Shown here: positions 13,826 through 29,663 of the stretch, in pieces
Numbering within the stretch: the stretch's first letter is position 1
Layout: each line of letters starts with the position of its first letter
From: the human T2T-CHM13v2.0 reference genome, Homo sapiens
DNA: 64,000 bases
NCBI RefSeq assembly: GCF_009914755.1
Contig: NC_060926.1
Direction: 5' to 3' (one strand)
Notes under the pieces: generated by a model
Seen by the model: only the letters and a program-made list of their open reading frames with translations
Database searches by the model: none
What the model was told of the DNA's origin: nothing
Position numbers and translations under genes: made by a program

Positions 13826-13951
13826 TAAGGGACCCAGCAAGCAAGCAAATACTATCAGGGATTGTAGTTCTGGAAAAGTATGAGGAAGTAAATCACAAAA
13901 GCTAACACAGTTGTATTGGATACACTCTCATTGCGGTATATAAGAATTCTA

Positions 13952-14263
<312 letters not shown>

Positions 14264-14538
14264 CTAGGCACCAGGAAAAACTTGTGAATTCAATCAACAA
14301 ATATTAACTTAATGCTTGTTTTGTGACGTGAATTTAGCCAGGCATTTACAATTAAGGCATAGAAACAAGTGTCTTACTTTTATTGAATTCAAAATCTAAG
14401 CAGAGAAGAGAAAAAAGTAAATAGATGCTAAAAAATTGAAAGAAGCACTGTATGAATAGTAAGCTTAGGGTGATATGAGAGGAAAAGTTCTGAAAAGAGG
14501 ATGAAGGTGGGATTGAAGGGTATTCTCAAAAGCAGTAT

Positions 14539-14964
14539 TGTATTAGTCACTTCTTGTATTGTTAGAGAGAAATGTTTGAGACTGGGTAATTTATAAACAA
14601 AATAGGTTTAGTTGTTCCATGGTTCTGCAGGCCGTACATGAAGTATGATGCTGGAATCTACTGAGCTTCTGAGGAGGCCTCAGGAAACTTACGATTATGG
14701 CAGAAGACAAAGCGGGAGCAGGCACATCACATGGCCAGCGTAGGAGCAAGAGAGAGGAGTGAGGAGGTGCCACACACCCTTAACAATTACTTCTCTCAAG
14801 AAGTCACTCATTATTGCAAGAGTGGCACCAAAGGGATGGTGCTGAACCATTCGTGAGAAATCCATCCTCATGAGCAAATCACCTCCCACCAGGCCAAACT
14901 GCCAATACCAGAGGTTACAATTCAACATGAGATTTAGATGGGGACACACATCCAAACCATATCA
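14539..14964 (-). mobile_element. MaLR solo LTR (MSTA-like)
   Basis: tgtattagtc...gagactgggtaatttataa...ggcctcaggaaactta...ccaaaccatatca; perfect 5-bp TSD agtat. Confidence 0.92.
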
Positions 14965-15117
14965 AGTATTTTACATATTAATTCCAGCTTGATGTCATTC
15001 CATTAATAGTTATAGGTCCTCAGTTGTTATCTCATCAAAAAATCTTCAGCTCTATATTCTTTCTCTAAAATGCACACCAAACATATACTGGATACTCCCT
15101 CTGTAATACCCTTGTCT

Positions 15118-15137
15118 TTATATATACAGATATCATT

Positions 15138-15170
<33 letters not shown>

Positions 15171-15318
15171 TTAAAGAATGTATATAAAAAATTCTGTATA
15201 TATAGAGTATATCTGTATATATGTATATACACACACTCATAATTTATATATACATATATACTTTATATATACTTTGTACATATATACATACATATATATG
15301 TATATATGTATGTATATA
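15118..15318. repeat. (TA)n/(TG)n compound microsatellite and low-complexity tract
   Basis: Directly visible. Confidence 0.9.
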
Positions 15319-15376
15319 CCTTTAATCCTTTATTCTCTGTATGCTGTATTCTGAGTAATTTAATACAATGTTCTAG

Positions 15377-15751
<375 letters not shown>

Positions 15752-17154
15752 GACCTTCAAGGCTTTTAATTTTGGTTATTGTATTCTGATCTTCTAGATG
15801 ATTTGTCTTAATCATCTTTACTTTTTATACCTTTCCATTACCTGTAATTAAGTTTGGCTTTAAACATGAAAAGCACAGTTGCTTCTAAATCTCTATCTGT
15901 TCATTCTTACATGTCAAGTTTATGTCAGTGTGTTTATAAAGATTATTGTTTATGAGGCTTTACGTCACAAACCTTAAGCCTGGTAAACACCGATAATTGG
16001 TAGTCACTGACCTAGATGAAAAATTCCAGAAGAAAATCATATGAGTCTGCCTCAACACACACTTTAAGGCTTACAAATCCACTGCCAACACAGGCTGCAT
16101 ATACTCAGAGTCATATCTGTGTGAGAGCTACTTTTGAGACCACAATTTATCAAGGAGAGCTTCCTTCCATTTCAATACTCTCTTTCCTTTTTCTTCTCCT
16201 GCTTGGGTTAATCTCTACTTTAAAGCACTTTGGGATTAATGTAAAAAGATATATTTATTGCTGTATTCTCTTTTCCTGAGGATTTAAATCTTTGTAGTTA
16301 GCTTAATGTTAAAAAAAAAAATCTATAAGACTTTCCATGTTGAGTTTTGCCCTAGAGGCTGCTGACTTGAAGACCGTGTGTATGTGTCATTGAAAATCAT
16401 ATTTCTGTATACTCACATTGTGACAATAGAAATATTATATAAGGATAATTGCTGAATAGTAAGGACCTACAAATTAAGAGTATTTCACAGACAATATTAA
16501 TGTTCATAAATTGGTCAAGAATCCCTCAGTGCCACTACCTAGTCTTGCAGATGATGCAGTAAGGTGCAGGTCCTTTCCATCACATAAAGTTGCCAAAATT
16601 TAGAGACAGCTTGAAGCGTCAAAGCTTTTTATCTTAGAGTTTTTGAGGATTAGAAATAGGTAATGGAGAAAGAGAAGGGGGGCGGGGAGGGGAGGGGAGG
16701 AGAAGAGGAGAGGAGAGGAGAGAAGAGACAAGATAACAGACTCAGTGATAAACATATGACTGACCTCATAGAAGGGTCATAAATGTGGAGTGAAAAATGT
16801 GGCTTTCTCTGTACAATATATAATTATTTGCCATCAAATCTAAATATTCTATTTATTAAAATATTAATTTATTTAAAATAGATTGTATTTTCTTTCTATG
16901 AAAGGAACAATTATCATTACAGGTTTAAGCTCATCTTATAAATAAATAAGTGAGTGCTTTATGAAAATAAATGCATCCTTTTTGTTCTGGTCCAATTAAT
17001 TGCAAGAATATTCTCCTTTTTATTTTCTGGGAGGTTTTACATTGTAAAAAACTATAATGAATATATATAAAAAACTATAATGAAAATATATAAAGAAAAG
17101 TGTTATGTCATCTATATTGAAAAGAGATAATAGTTACTGTCAAAGGAGATTAGA

Positions 17155-17273
17155 TTAATAAAATGTTCTAGTTCATTAATTCTTTCTATTCTGTGTCCAA
17201 TCTGCTTTCTCAATCCACTTCCAATATGACCTTTAAGGTTTTTTTTTTTTTAGATCGACCGTCACCCAGGCTG
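17155..17273 (+). repeat. Local templated copy of 15360-15505 (Alu flank, tail and a few Alu bases)
   Basis: 70/77 identity over the non-Alu part; bounded by direct repeat ctgtcaaagg (17137-17146, 17271-17280). Confidence 0.88.
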
Positions 17274-17412
17274 TCAAAGGGGAAAAAATCTTCAGAGAAT
17301 AATTAACCCCATCCTTTATTTCTATTCATTTACTTCGGAGAAATCATATCTACTTGAACAAAGAACACTGTCCAACTACTGTGTGTCACTTTAGTAACAA
17401 ATATAAAAAGGC

Positions 17413-18992
17413 TCTATGAAAAATAATGTTGGTATTTTGATAGAGACTGCATCTGCAGATACAATCCTAAATTCATATGAAACCAGAAAAAGAGCCCAAA
17501 TAGCCAAAGCAACCCTTAGCAAAAAGAACAAAGCTGAAGGCATCACTTTACTTGCTATCAAATTGCATTACAAGGCTATATTTACACAAATAGCATGGTA
17601 CTGCTATAAAAATAGACACACACATAGATTCATGGAACGGAATGGAGAATTCAGAAATACAGCCACTTATCTACATCTAACTGATCTTTGACAAAGTAAA
17701 CAAAAACATACACTGGGGAAAGGACACCCTTTTCAATAAATGATGCTTTGAAAACTAGATTGTCATATGAAGAAGACTGAAATTAGACCTGTATCTCTTA
17801 TATATAAAAATAAACTCAAGATGAATCAAACACTTAAACTTAAGAACTAAAGCTATAAAAATACTAGAGAAAAACCTAGGGAACACTCCCCTGCACATTG
17901 GCCTAGGCAAATAATTCATGACAAAGACCTCAAAAGCACAAACAACAAAAACAACGATAGATAAATGCGACTTAATTAAATGAAAAACATTTTGCACAGC
18001 AAAAGAAATAATCAGCAGAGTGAACACCCTGCAGAATGGGAGAAAATATTTGCAAACTCGGAACTGACAGAAGACTCATATCCAGAATTTACAAGGAAAT
18101 CAAACAATGGCAACAATAACAACAAAAATAACACCAGTAAAAAGTAGATGAAGGAAATGAATAGACATCTGTCAAAAGAAGACATACAAATAGCCCACAA
18201 GCATTTAAAAAGTGTTCAACATATCTAATCAACAGAGAAATGCAAATTAACATCACAATAATATATGATCTCACTGGTCAGAATGGCTATTATTAAAGAG
18301 TTAAAAAATACCAGATGCTGGCAAGGATATGGAGAAAAGGGAACACACACACTGTTGGTGGGAATTTAAATAAGTGCAAACTGTATGGAAAACAGTATGG
18401 AGATTTCTCAAAGAACTAAAAATGGTACTACCACTTGACCCAGCAATCATATTACTGGGTACACACCCAAAGGAAAAGAAATTTTTTTATCAAGAAATAC
18501 CTGCATTTGTATGTTTATCACAGCACTATTCATAATAGCAAAGATGTGGAATCAACCTAAGTGTCCATTAAGGGCTGGATAAAGAAAATATGGTGTATAT
18601 ATATGCACCATAAATGGCATATAGAATGCCATTTAGCCATTATAGCTGAATGTTATTTAACTTAAAATATAAGGAAATTATGTCTTTTGCAGTAACACAG
18701 ATGAAACTAGAAGCCATTATCTTGAGTGAAACAACTCGGAAACTAAAAGTCAAATACTCCATGCTCTCACATGTAGGTGGGAACTAAGTAATGGTACATT
18801 TGGACATAGGGTGTGGAATAACAGTCATCGATGACTTGGAAGAGAGGTGGGGAGGGATGAGCAATCACTAAATGAGTAAAAAGTTCATTACTTGGGTAAC
18901 GATTACACTAAAAACCCAGACTTCAGCACTGTGCAATATACACATGTAATGAAACTACATTTGTACCCCTAAAATTTATACAAGTAAAAAGT
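17413..18992 (+). mobile_element. 5'-truncated LINE-1 (L1PB4/L1MA-like) with a short 5' inversion
   Basis: 17413-17455 is antisense L1 ORF2; from ~17460 sense ORF2 3' part and 3' UTR (cccagacttcagcactgtgcaatata...ttgtacccctaaaatttatac). Confidence 0.88.
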
Positions 18993-20465
18993 AAGTTACG
19001 TTAAATGAAACTTCTCTGTATAGTTGTTATTAATTCTGTACAGAAGAATGGTTGAAATGCTGCAGAGAAAAAGAATTGCACTAATTTGAAACCAAACTGG
19101 AATTGCAAATAGCAAAAAGATATATTATTCCTTTAAAAATGCAATTGCTTCACTGTTACTGTCTGGAAAGTTATGTAGAAGATTATGAATCCATATCAGA
19201 AATCAAGAGAGAAAAGACAAAGAAGTAAATTTGCAAGTTAGGCTGTGAGAACACTGATAATGGCAGTAGGTATGAATACTTTGACCATATTAACTGCAAG
19301 CTGCTTGAAGCTACACTCATACCTTACTAATCTCTTCATCCCTAACAGAGTGCCAGATGCTTGGTAAAAACCAATGGATATTTGAAGATTCTCTGGGCAA
19401 TTGAAAGAAGGAATTAATGAGCACATTCGATAAGCACTCTGTAGGCTGTAATAGACAATCACATGCCTTTTATTATTTGTAATTTATAATAATGCTCCTG
19501 TGCACACATTTTATCCCTGTTCTGTTATCATTGTTTTAACAGATACAGTAACGAATAGGTTGGAATGGTCACAAAGCAGAGTATGTTTCTTTTACTGGGA
19601 AATGTTGTAGACAATGTGTGGGACTTTATGTCCACCCTCCAAGTAGAGTTGAAATGGCATGACACCACCCTTTTGAGGATTCCACTCTACTTGGGAAAAC
19701 AGGAAGATCCAGCCCAGCATTAGGAGGTAATTCCATATAGGTGTCTAAGTAGTACAGAAGATAGAGATAGAAAGGGAAATTTTTGACTTGACTTATTGCC
19801 TAGGGAGAAAGGGACAAAAAAGTTTAAGCTACAGAGGAATGCCAAAGATTATGTTTCTGACAGTTGATGAACACACATTTTCTCAATTTTTGATTCTAAA
19901 ACTATGGAGAAGAAGTGGTGAAGCAGTGTTTTGAAATAAAACTAAAAATGATTCCAGGAGGGAGCTTCAATGACTAATAATCAAAGTTAAGGCTCAGATG
20001 CAGTTTTCTCTCAACAACAAAATCATAACCTCCTGAGATAAATCATAGTTTATTGTAAAGTTGGCAAATTACAGTGCATACTGGGAGATAAAGAGGAAAT
20101 TAGCTTTGCCTTTTCATTAAGTAGCTGGAGCCAAATATAAGTCATAGTGTTTAAACAAGAGAGTGGCTCAGCAGATACTACTGGAGCAACATCAAATACC
20201 CATCCCCATCCCTCCCCTCCCTTGCGCTCCAACAGTCATATATGCTAATAGTGGACTACGGGATCACATTAGTGTTCACTTTCCAATCCAAAACCAACAT
20301 TAGAAATCCTTGCCTTTAGGAAGCCTTTCCAGAAGCTTCTCTTTCTTGGTATTAAGGAAAATTTTTATAAGTGTGTCTAAATAAAATATGTATGTGTTCT
20401 CAAATCCATAATTTGTTTTGGCCTCAGCCTTAGAAATTTGAGTATCAGTTGAGAAATTCTGCTCC

Positions 20466-21245
20466 TGAAGCAGGATATTTCCCTGACCGCTTTGCTGGAC
20501 TCATGTCACGGTTGTTTTGTTTACTCAGCCCGCCGCTCTAAACTCCTTACAGGAGGGAGTGTGCATGAGCAAATGAGGCAGGAACTGGAGTGCATGAGTT
20601 CCTGAAACCTCTAGCCACTTTGGTGCTGGCATGAGTGAACTCCATGTGGGCCCTACAGCAGCATCTAGGTGAGGGTGCCTGTGACTCCCCGAAGCCCCAG
20701 GGAGCATATTACAGTGCTCTTTTAGTTCTGCCATCCGTGAACAGCTGAAGTGTTAACAGCTCAGTGGGCCCTTTGACTCATCATGTGAGGTGGCTGCCCT
20801 CTGCCAGCGAGGGCAAAGGGCCGGTGTGACAGCCTTTTGTATGCACACTAGTGGCTCCTGAACTCTTGTCCAGCATCCAGGAAAAATAAGGTCACACAAA
20901 CAAATTAAAGCCTGGTAATCTCAGCGGAAAGGGGAACTGAAAAGGGGACGGGGATTGGGGCAGGTAATTTTCCCTTGAAGAACCTGGTCTCCAGCCGGAT
21001 TCTTCTGCAAAATTATGCCGTCAGGCTGTCCCTCTGAAGTCAAGCCACTTCTCTATGACATCCAGCTGCTTCTCCTCTCCTGTCCGACTGAGTCTGGGAT
21101 GTTTATAGGAACAGGATGGGAGGCGGGGCAGGCATGGGTAGTTTATGAAAAGCCAACATATGAGCAGGAAAATAGGAATTTAAGATCTCACTTTGGGCTG
21201 CGGTTTCAGGCTTTTCGGCCTGAGGGTGGAGCTTTCACCACCCTA
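20466..21245 (-). mobile_element. ERV1 LTR (LTR27/LTR28/MER52 group)
   Basis: Starts tgaagcaggatatttccctgacc (reverse complement of the LTR 3' end); GC-rich; ctcactttgggctgcggtttcaggcttttcggcctgagggtgg near the other end; right boundary approximate. Confidence 0.7.
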
Positions 21246-21689
21246 ACACTTTCGCCTATTTTCCTGGAGAACAGAATGCAATTTTTAATGTAGACAATTT
21301 TTTCTGCTTTTCCAAAAAAGAAAGCCATTTTGAAAAGAATAATAATCTCTCTGTTTCTTTTTTGATAGATGTAGATATGAAATATATATGCATATACAAC
21401 TTTATATATTCTTAGAATAGCATGTTCCACAGACTCTTGATAATGTACAATATTTTGTATTTGGTATAAAGCTTTAGTCTTAAACAGAAAAAAACATAAG
21501 TAATATCAGCACTGAATAAGAAAATAGAAGAGAAGTTCTGCAGCTCATAGAAAGGAAGCTCCATTGAAATGTTGTGCTAAATTTTTCATACAAGCCTATT
21601 TTAATTTAAAATTACCTTTTTTCTTCCTGAACCTCACACCCAACTCACTCAAGCAATAATCCTTTAATCAATGTAAAACACAAAATGTA

Positions 21690-22115
21690 TTTCTAACACA
21701 ATAGCAACAAATTCATATACTACCTAGAAATAAATCTAATAGAATATTTGCAGGAGTTATATAGAACAAACTATATGAAGAAAATAAGAATATACAAATA
21801 TGTGTAAAAATATATTGTATTTCCAGGTAGGAAACCCAGGATATCAAAGATGTCAGTTATCCATGAATTAATCTACAGATTAAGTGCAATCACTGTGATA
21901 ATTCTATCATAACTTGAAACAGAAAAGTATAGGGGTGTAAGAGCAATGTACTATTGATAGATAGTTGATTGTAAGGTTTTTAGCAGCTTTTTAAAATCTA
22001 AAATTGACACATAATAAATGCATATATACAGAGTGTAAAATCTGATAAAATTTAACATATATAAAAACCTGTGAAACCATCACAACAGTTAAGATAGTAG
22101 ACATATCTATTATCA
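21690..22115. mobile_element. Two very old L1M fragments (ORF2 piece on +, 3' end on -)
   Basis: tacctagaaataaatctaa...aaagatgtcagtt...aatctacagatt; aaattgacacataataaatgcata...gtgaaaccatcacaacagttaagata. Confidence 0.6.
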
Positions 22116-22171
22116 AATTTCCAGAAATTTGCTGCAGACATTAGTGTTTCTAGAATTAAGAGATAAAGGAC

Positions 22172-22342
22172 ATTGGGCAACTCATTTTAGAAATATTTTC
22201 TTCACCTTAAAAATTGAGATATTGTGCATCAAATAGTATGTATGTGATTGTGTGTGTGTGTGTGCCTTAAATGATTAATATACATGAAATGCTTAATGCA
22301 GTAACTAATATTTTAAACATTTAACTTATTATTATCATTATT
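22172..22342 (+). mobile_element. MIR fragment
   Basis: ttgggcaactcat...ttcttcaccttaaaaattgagat...ttaaatgattaatatacatgaaatgctta...tattattat. Confidence 0.6.
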
Positions 22343-22695
22343 GTAATCAAATATTCTTGGTTTTCATTACTCTGAAATTAGTTTTTAATAATTCCTTGCA
22401 TTCTAGAGGATACATTTCCCTAGTTTCTAGTTACTGTAATTATGTCTAAAGTGACCTCTCCGACACCTACTATACCCTCTAAGAACTACAAAATATCCTC
22501 TGTCATGTTAAGATAGGATATATGGAGTAAGGTAGCCACTTTTAAACTTTGAGAAATGAAATTCAATTGCGAAATGCAAATATGTACAGGCGTGGTATGA
22601 TATACACCCTTATGTAGATCATATTGTAGGCTAATCCCTGTGACTTTTTGACGTAATTGAGAACAAAAGCCCAATTCAAGTTTTTGGAGCCCAGC

Positions 22696-23129
22696 TGCCA
22701 GTTTGGGTATGGGGTGTTTGACTCCTCCAAGTCTCATGTTGAAATATGATCCCCGATGTTGGAAGTGGAGCTTAGTGGGAAGTGTTAGGGTTGAGGGTTC
22801 AGATCCCTCATGAAATACTTGCTGCCATGCTTGTGGTAATGAATGAGTTATACAGCTCTCCTCTATTGGTTCCCAGAGAGCTGGTTGCCAGAGAGCCTGG
22901 TCATTCCCCCCGAACACTCTTGTTTCCTCTCTCACCATGTATTTCTCCAGATCTGCTCCCCTTCACCTTTCTCCATGGATGGAAAGAGCCTGAAGCCTTC
23001 ACCAGAAGCAGATGCTGGCACTGTGCTTCTTGTACAGCCTCCAGAACCATGAGCTAAATAAAATCTCTTTTGCTTATAAATTACCTAGCCTCATGTATTC
23101 CTTTATAGCAACACAAATGTACTAAGACA
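22696..23129 (+). mobile_element. MaLR solo LTR (MSTB/MSTD-like)
   Basis: ctcatgttgaaat...gaagcagatgctggc...cagaaccatgagctaaataaa...actaagaca; perfect TSD ccagc. Confidence 0.9.
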
Positions 23130-26100
23130 CCAGCCTTCTTTTTCATCCCTTCCTCTTTGACATATACCTTTTAAAGGCTTGCCAACAGAGATATGGCTCT
23201 TTAATAATACAAAAATGGGATTTGGCAAATTGGAGCACAGATTCCCAGTGACAGTTTGCTTAACACCAGTATTTCATTCCCTAGAGATGGTATAAACCAG
23301 AAAATTAGAGAGTCTTTTGCCTTAAAAATATGTTGGAGGTTTTCCTGATTACTTGTAAAAGAGAGAAGTGATGTTATCCTTAGTTATTAAACCTGGTAAG
23401 TCTGTCTGCCACAGCTTTGGGAGTAGGTTACCCTGATATATTTTTATTGTACATGTGTATATATGTGTGTCCATATGTTTTAATGTTAACTGTTTAGTCA
23501 ATCATGTTTTTGCTATCCAATAGAAATGGGCTAGGTCAGCTGTCCTTAATCACATACACCACGACTTAGTATTATCAATCTACAATGTTTTTGACCTTGA
23601 CAACAGTGTTCCATATGTGTAAAGATAACATCACCTTACCTGAAGGAGACACTTTATTTTTGTGTTAGAAAATATGCATATCTACAGGCATCTCCATATA
23701 TATAAAATTCAAAGTGTAGAAAGCGGGAATTTGGTGGGGTACATTTACTGATGAAAAGTAATTTCTCATTTATCTCCTCTAAGAAATGTGTGCTTAATTC
23801 TTACTTTCTGCTGATTCTCCTCTATCAGGGATTTAGCCTCTATTTATGTTGCTTAGTTCTCTGTAGTCAATTTCTCTGCATATTTTACAAATTGACTCGC
23901 TTTTTCCTTCTTAGCACTGATGGTTCTATAAAGCATTGGATGTAGTGCAAACCCAATTAAAGCCAAACTAATTAACTATGACTCTTTATATTCTATACAA
24001 ATTGCACTTGTCTTTGTGTGAAAAAGGCACTGTGTGAACTCTCTTGGGCTTTCATCGTTTTGTGGCATGCACTTTTGGTGTCTACTACAATGTTGGTACT
24101 AATATTTTCAGTCTTTTTCAGATTCATTTTGTTTGCATAAAATACAGGACTCCATGCCATGCTTCTTGGCCACAGAAAGCAAAGAATCTGCTTTGTAATG
24201 AAAACAAAGCCCTTTTTAAAAGGGTTCAAGAAAATGCTTTTTATAGCAAATGAATAAATAACCTGTGAAATTCTCCATGATTGAATATTATTAAGTCAAA
24301 CAGGCTTATTAAGATTCATAAAGCAATTAGAAGCATTAGACTGAATTCTCTTGTCAGTTTCTTGTGCCTGTCCTCACATTAAAGCCAATGGAAGCTGTAT
24401 GCTTTTGGCCGTGGGCAAAATGTAGCCCATTTTGAATAAGAATAGCATCTGCAATTATACTAGCTGAGATAAAAATTAAAAGGTTCATCAATTCTCATGC
24501 TTCAGAGCATAAGATTATAACCAGATGGTGCCAGAAAGTTTCTGCTGGGCATGAGGATTCACTAATGGACAGGTGCATTAGGACAATTTTCCTTTGGCCT
24601 CCCTCCTCATAATGCCTCACACACACACAGATGCGCCAAACACAGGACATCAAAACAAATGAGACATTTGCATTTTACCAAGAAGAAATCCTCCCATGGC
24701 CTAACAATATTGAGATTCAAATCCTAGCAGGTGTAGAACATTTCAGTGCAAACATTTTAGAATTGAATTCAACTCAACAGCAATAACTTATCTTCTGCTT
24801 CTAGACTGGCTGGTTTTGTCTTTACATGGGCCATCTTAATTTTCATTAAACTCAATTTACCTCAGGGCATAAAATATAGGAAAATATTTGCTAGTACAAA
24901 AAAGATCTAAGTCATTAAAATTTATAAAACTCTACACCTGGATGTGAAAAATCAATTCATTGATACATATTCATCGTCCAGCAGTTTCCATGTAGTGTTT
25001 GGGTTTATGAAAAAATATAATAGAAAAATGAGATATTATAGTAGCCTTCAGATAGCTGAGAATTCTCCTTTCAAGGTAAAGACGTAAAACAAGACAATAT
25101 GAGATTTTATGGCATACTCTATAAATTCAATAGGAGTCCAAAGAAATAGTGTAATGAACCAATCAGTCAAATTCTTGATTTAGATAAATATAAATGTATG
25201 TATATGTGTATACACACACATGCATATATAAATAAATATATCTTATTTATACCTGTAATTGTGGAAGACTGATAAAATACCAGGGGATTGTTATTTGCTA
25301 CTGTTGTTTTTTTTGAGTATCCAAAATACTAAAGCCATTTATTTTTGGTTTTCAAAGCTCTATAAAATTTCCAATGTATATTTTATTTACTTAAATAGTA
25401 TTATTATATATTTGCAAAATTTATAGTACTAAATTAATTTGAAAAATTGTTTCATATTAATATTCTCTAGACCCCCAACAAATGGTATATTGTATTTTGG
25501 GGAGTTTACCTGAACCTCCTGTATTAGAGAGAAGTGCTAATCTTATTTTAATAAACAAATTGTGTACTAAAGAAAGCTGGTCATATGTTCTTTACTTTTA
25601 CTCCTCACAAAATCTTTCATTAGAACATATAAGTCCAACTCTCTGTGCAAAGTTTTATAATTTATTTCTTTAATTCCATAATCTATTTACCGTATTCATA
25701 GTAAATTAATATGTTCTAGGAATGTAGGTCATCTTGGACAGATAGTAGAAATTTAACAAAAATTGTTTGTCTAACAGTTAAAAAAAATCATAATTAGCCT
25801 GTAGAGACAACAATTCATGCTGCATGAAATAGTTCAGCCATTGAAGGATGACTAATGGGCCCTGCATTTCCTGGGGTTTGTGTGAACAAGAGGTCATGCA
25901 CATTTTTACATGAGTTATGTGCACTCTTTATTCATAGAAGCTATGTTCTTGTGTATAAAATTTGATAACCTAAAAACAATATCGACAACAATCACAAAAG
26001 TTTTGAATTTGAATTGCGGTTTAAAATAACTTTAAAAGCTTGTCAAAATATTCTTCTTTAAATAACTCTTTTCTATCCAGTACAGCTGCAATTACTTGAA

Positions 26101-26499
26101 ATTTTTCCCTTTTAAAGGAATGAATTAATAGTGGATTTCAGTTATTAGTCCTACTGTTCCTCTTGGAGAAGTACTAGAACAAATTGTCTTCTTGTCCACA
26201 ATAGCAGTCCTTTAAATATGAATAAACACATTTGAACACTTATTTAAATATTTTTATATCACTCAGTCATAATGGTCAGATGTATCTGGGCAAATGTCCT
26301 TTTGTCCTTCTTAAGTGGAGATTATTTAATTGGAAACAGCTTATTACTTTTTTTATCACTGTAAGTACTTTCTGTCATAAAAACACTGTCATTTTTATTA
26401 ATGCAGCTTATGTTTCAGTTTACATATCTGGAAGTTACTACATTGTTTTAGGTGTTCAGTGTCCCAGAATTGATGTTTTCCACCTGAGTCATCCCACTC

Positions 26500-27010
26500 T
26501 CCTTCATACAATAATATCACAAATTTGATTTTTTATTAAAATATTTACATTCATTTCTGTAAAATTTACCTTGTTTATTTTATTTTGGTATTGTGATTCA
26601 TCAGGTTTATTTTAAATCTTGATTAGCAATTTATCATACAGACTATTGGATTAGTTCCAGGATTCCTGCAAATAGGAAAATCTGTGGATGCTCAAATTCC
26701 TTATATAAAATGGCGTAATGTTTGCATTTAACCTGCATACATCCTCCCTTATACATTAAATCATTTCTAGATTACTTATAATACTTAGTACAATATAAAT
26801 TCTATGTTAATAGCTGTTACTCTGTAGCTTTAAAACATTTGTATTATTTTTTATTGCTGTACTATTTTTTCTTATTTTTAGAATTTTTAAGATATTTTTT
26901 ATCTGTGGTTGGTTGAATCTTGAATTCACAAATGTAGAACTTATGGATATGGAGGGTCAAATATAAGCTACTCATTTCAGCTTTATTTAACTTGAGAACT
27001 TAAATGACAG
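26500..27010 (-). mobile_element. CR1/L3 fragment interrupted by MER2
   Basis: tttacattcatttctgtaaaatttaccttgttt...aaatcttgatt | agctactcatttcagcttt resembles L3; highly diverged. Confidence 0.4.
26639..26963 (+). mobile_element. MER2 DNA transposon (TcMar-Tigger non-autonomous element)
   Basis: ggattagttccagga...aaaatctgtggatgctcaa...tataaaatggcgta...ctagattacttataatac...ggatatggagggtc; TA flanks. Confidence 0.88.
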
Positions 27011-27522
27011 GACTTAATGTATTCTCTTATGACACGTTTATTATGAAAATAAAGTGAAGTAGGTCCACAGGGCTCTAGTACATATCTCCCTTCTGGGTTC
27101 ACAGAGTAGCACAACACATTGGAATAACTTTCCATTAGAAACCAATTATATTTTCTTTAACTTACATTGTTTCATTATTTTAAACATATTCTGAAGTTTT
27201 ATACTTAACTCCCCTGCTCATTCTTTATTAAAGCTATTTTATTACATATTAGCCAGATAAGAGAGATCGAATATAATCATAATGGAATCAGAAGAAAAAA
27301 TGTGAAAACTAGTTTTCAATCATTGGTCAGAAAACAAATATATGGGATATTGGAATAACTGCGGTTGTTGACCTTTATTAGCTATATTTTCTTTCCTTCT
27401 CATTTTTGTCAACTCACAGAACTTAGATATGGTGCTTAGTAGTAATATCTTGAGGACTAAACAAGTACAGAGGTATTAGCTGACAACTGGACCTAAGGTT
27501 TACGTAATACATGCATAGTAAC

Positions 27523-28060
27523 TATTAACAAATGATCAATGAGATCTGCAGAGGTAAAAGCAGAACTTTATTTAAAAAAAAACAATTTACATACTGGGGA
27601 AGCACAGCCTTCAGTACAAGTGAACGTGTGCTCTCTGAAGAACAAAGGGAGGATTTGGCTTAAATAGAGAAATTTCTGTTTCAGATTCTCAATCAGGTCT
27701 ATCTATGCAAATGAAGTATTCAAATTGTTTAGTTCTGATTGGTCAAAATAGTTGAGCCCTGATTGTGTTGTTTCCAAGCCCTAAGCCAGAAGTCCAGAAG
27801 TCTCTGTCAGTTGGCCAGTGGAGAGGAGCGGTAGGGATGAGAGGGGACACACATGTTTCCAGCTAGTTTATCTTGGCACCTTGGCACCAACAATAGGAAC
27901 TGTTTGGCTTGATGGTGGAAAGGGAAGTCCTGTGACACTTTCACAACATTTTTCGGAGCACACAGAGTACATAATCCCTCCCTCATTCAGCCATTGCTGG
28001 TTCATTTTGTATGCTGGTAAAGGACATAATTTAATATAGCAACGAGGTGACTGAAAACAT
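27523..28060 (-). mobile_element. ERV-type LTR remnant (family uncertain)
   Basis: tttatt (AATAAA on minus) near 27566; ctgattgg (CCAAT on minus); atgcaaat octamer; layout of MER31/MER67-like LTRs. Confidence 0.5.
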
Positions 28061-28159
28061 ACTAGGTACTCTATGCTCATTTAACCTTAATACAAAGTCT
28101 ATTTTCTTGAATTCTTGAAGAATATTTTATTTTATTTTGACGGGAGGGGAAATAAAACA

Positions 28160-29527
<1,368 letters not shown>

Positions 29528-29663
29528 GTAAGCTACACATTAATCTAAAGAATTAATCTCCCTTATTCTGAATAATAAAAATGCAAATATTCAGTAAGAA
29601 AAAGTCAATTCTCTCTATGTTTAAATTTTCAAATATCCAACATAATTAAATTATTAAGCTCTA

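Noticed and set aside
16669-16730. G-rich purine tract, potential G-quadruplex
   Set aside because: Ordinary (GGGGA/GGAGA)n low complexity with no promoter context.
22486-22938. 150-aa minus-strand ORF
   Set aside because: About half lies antisense within a MaLR LTR; non-ATG start; no protein motif.
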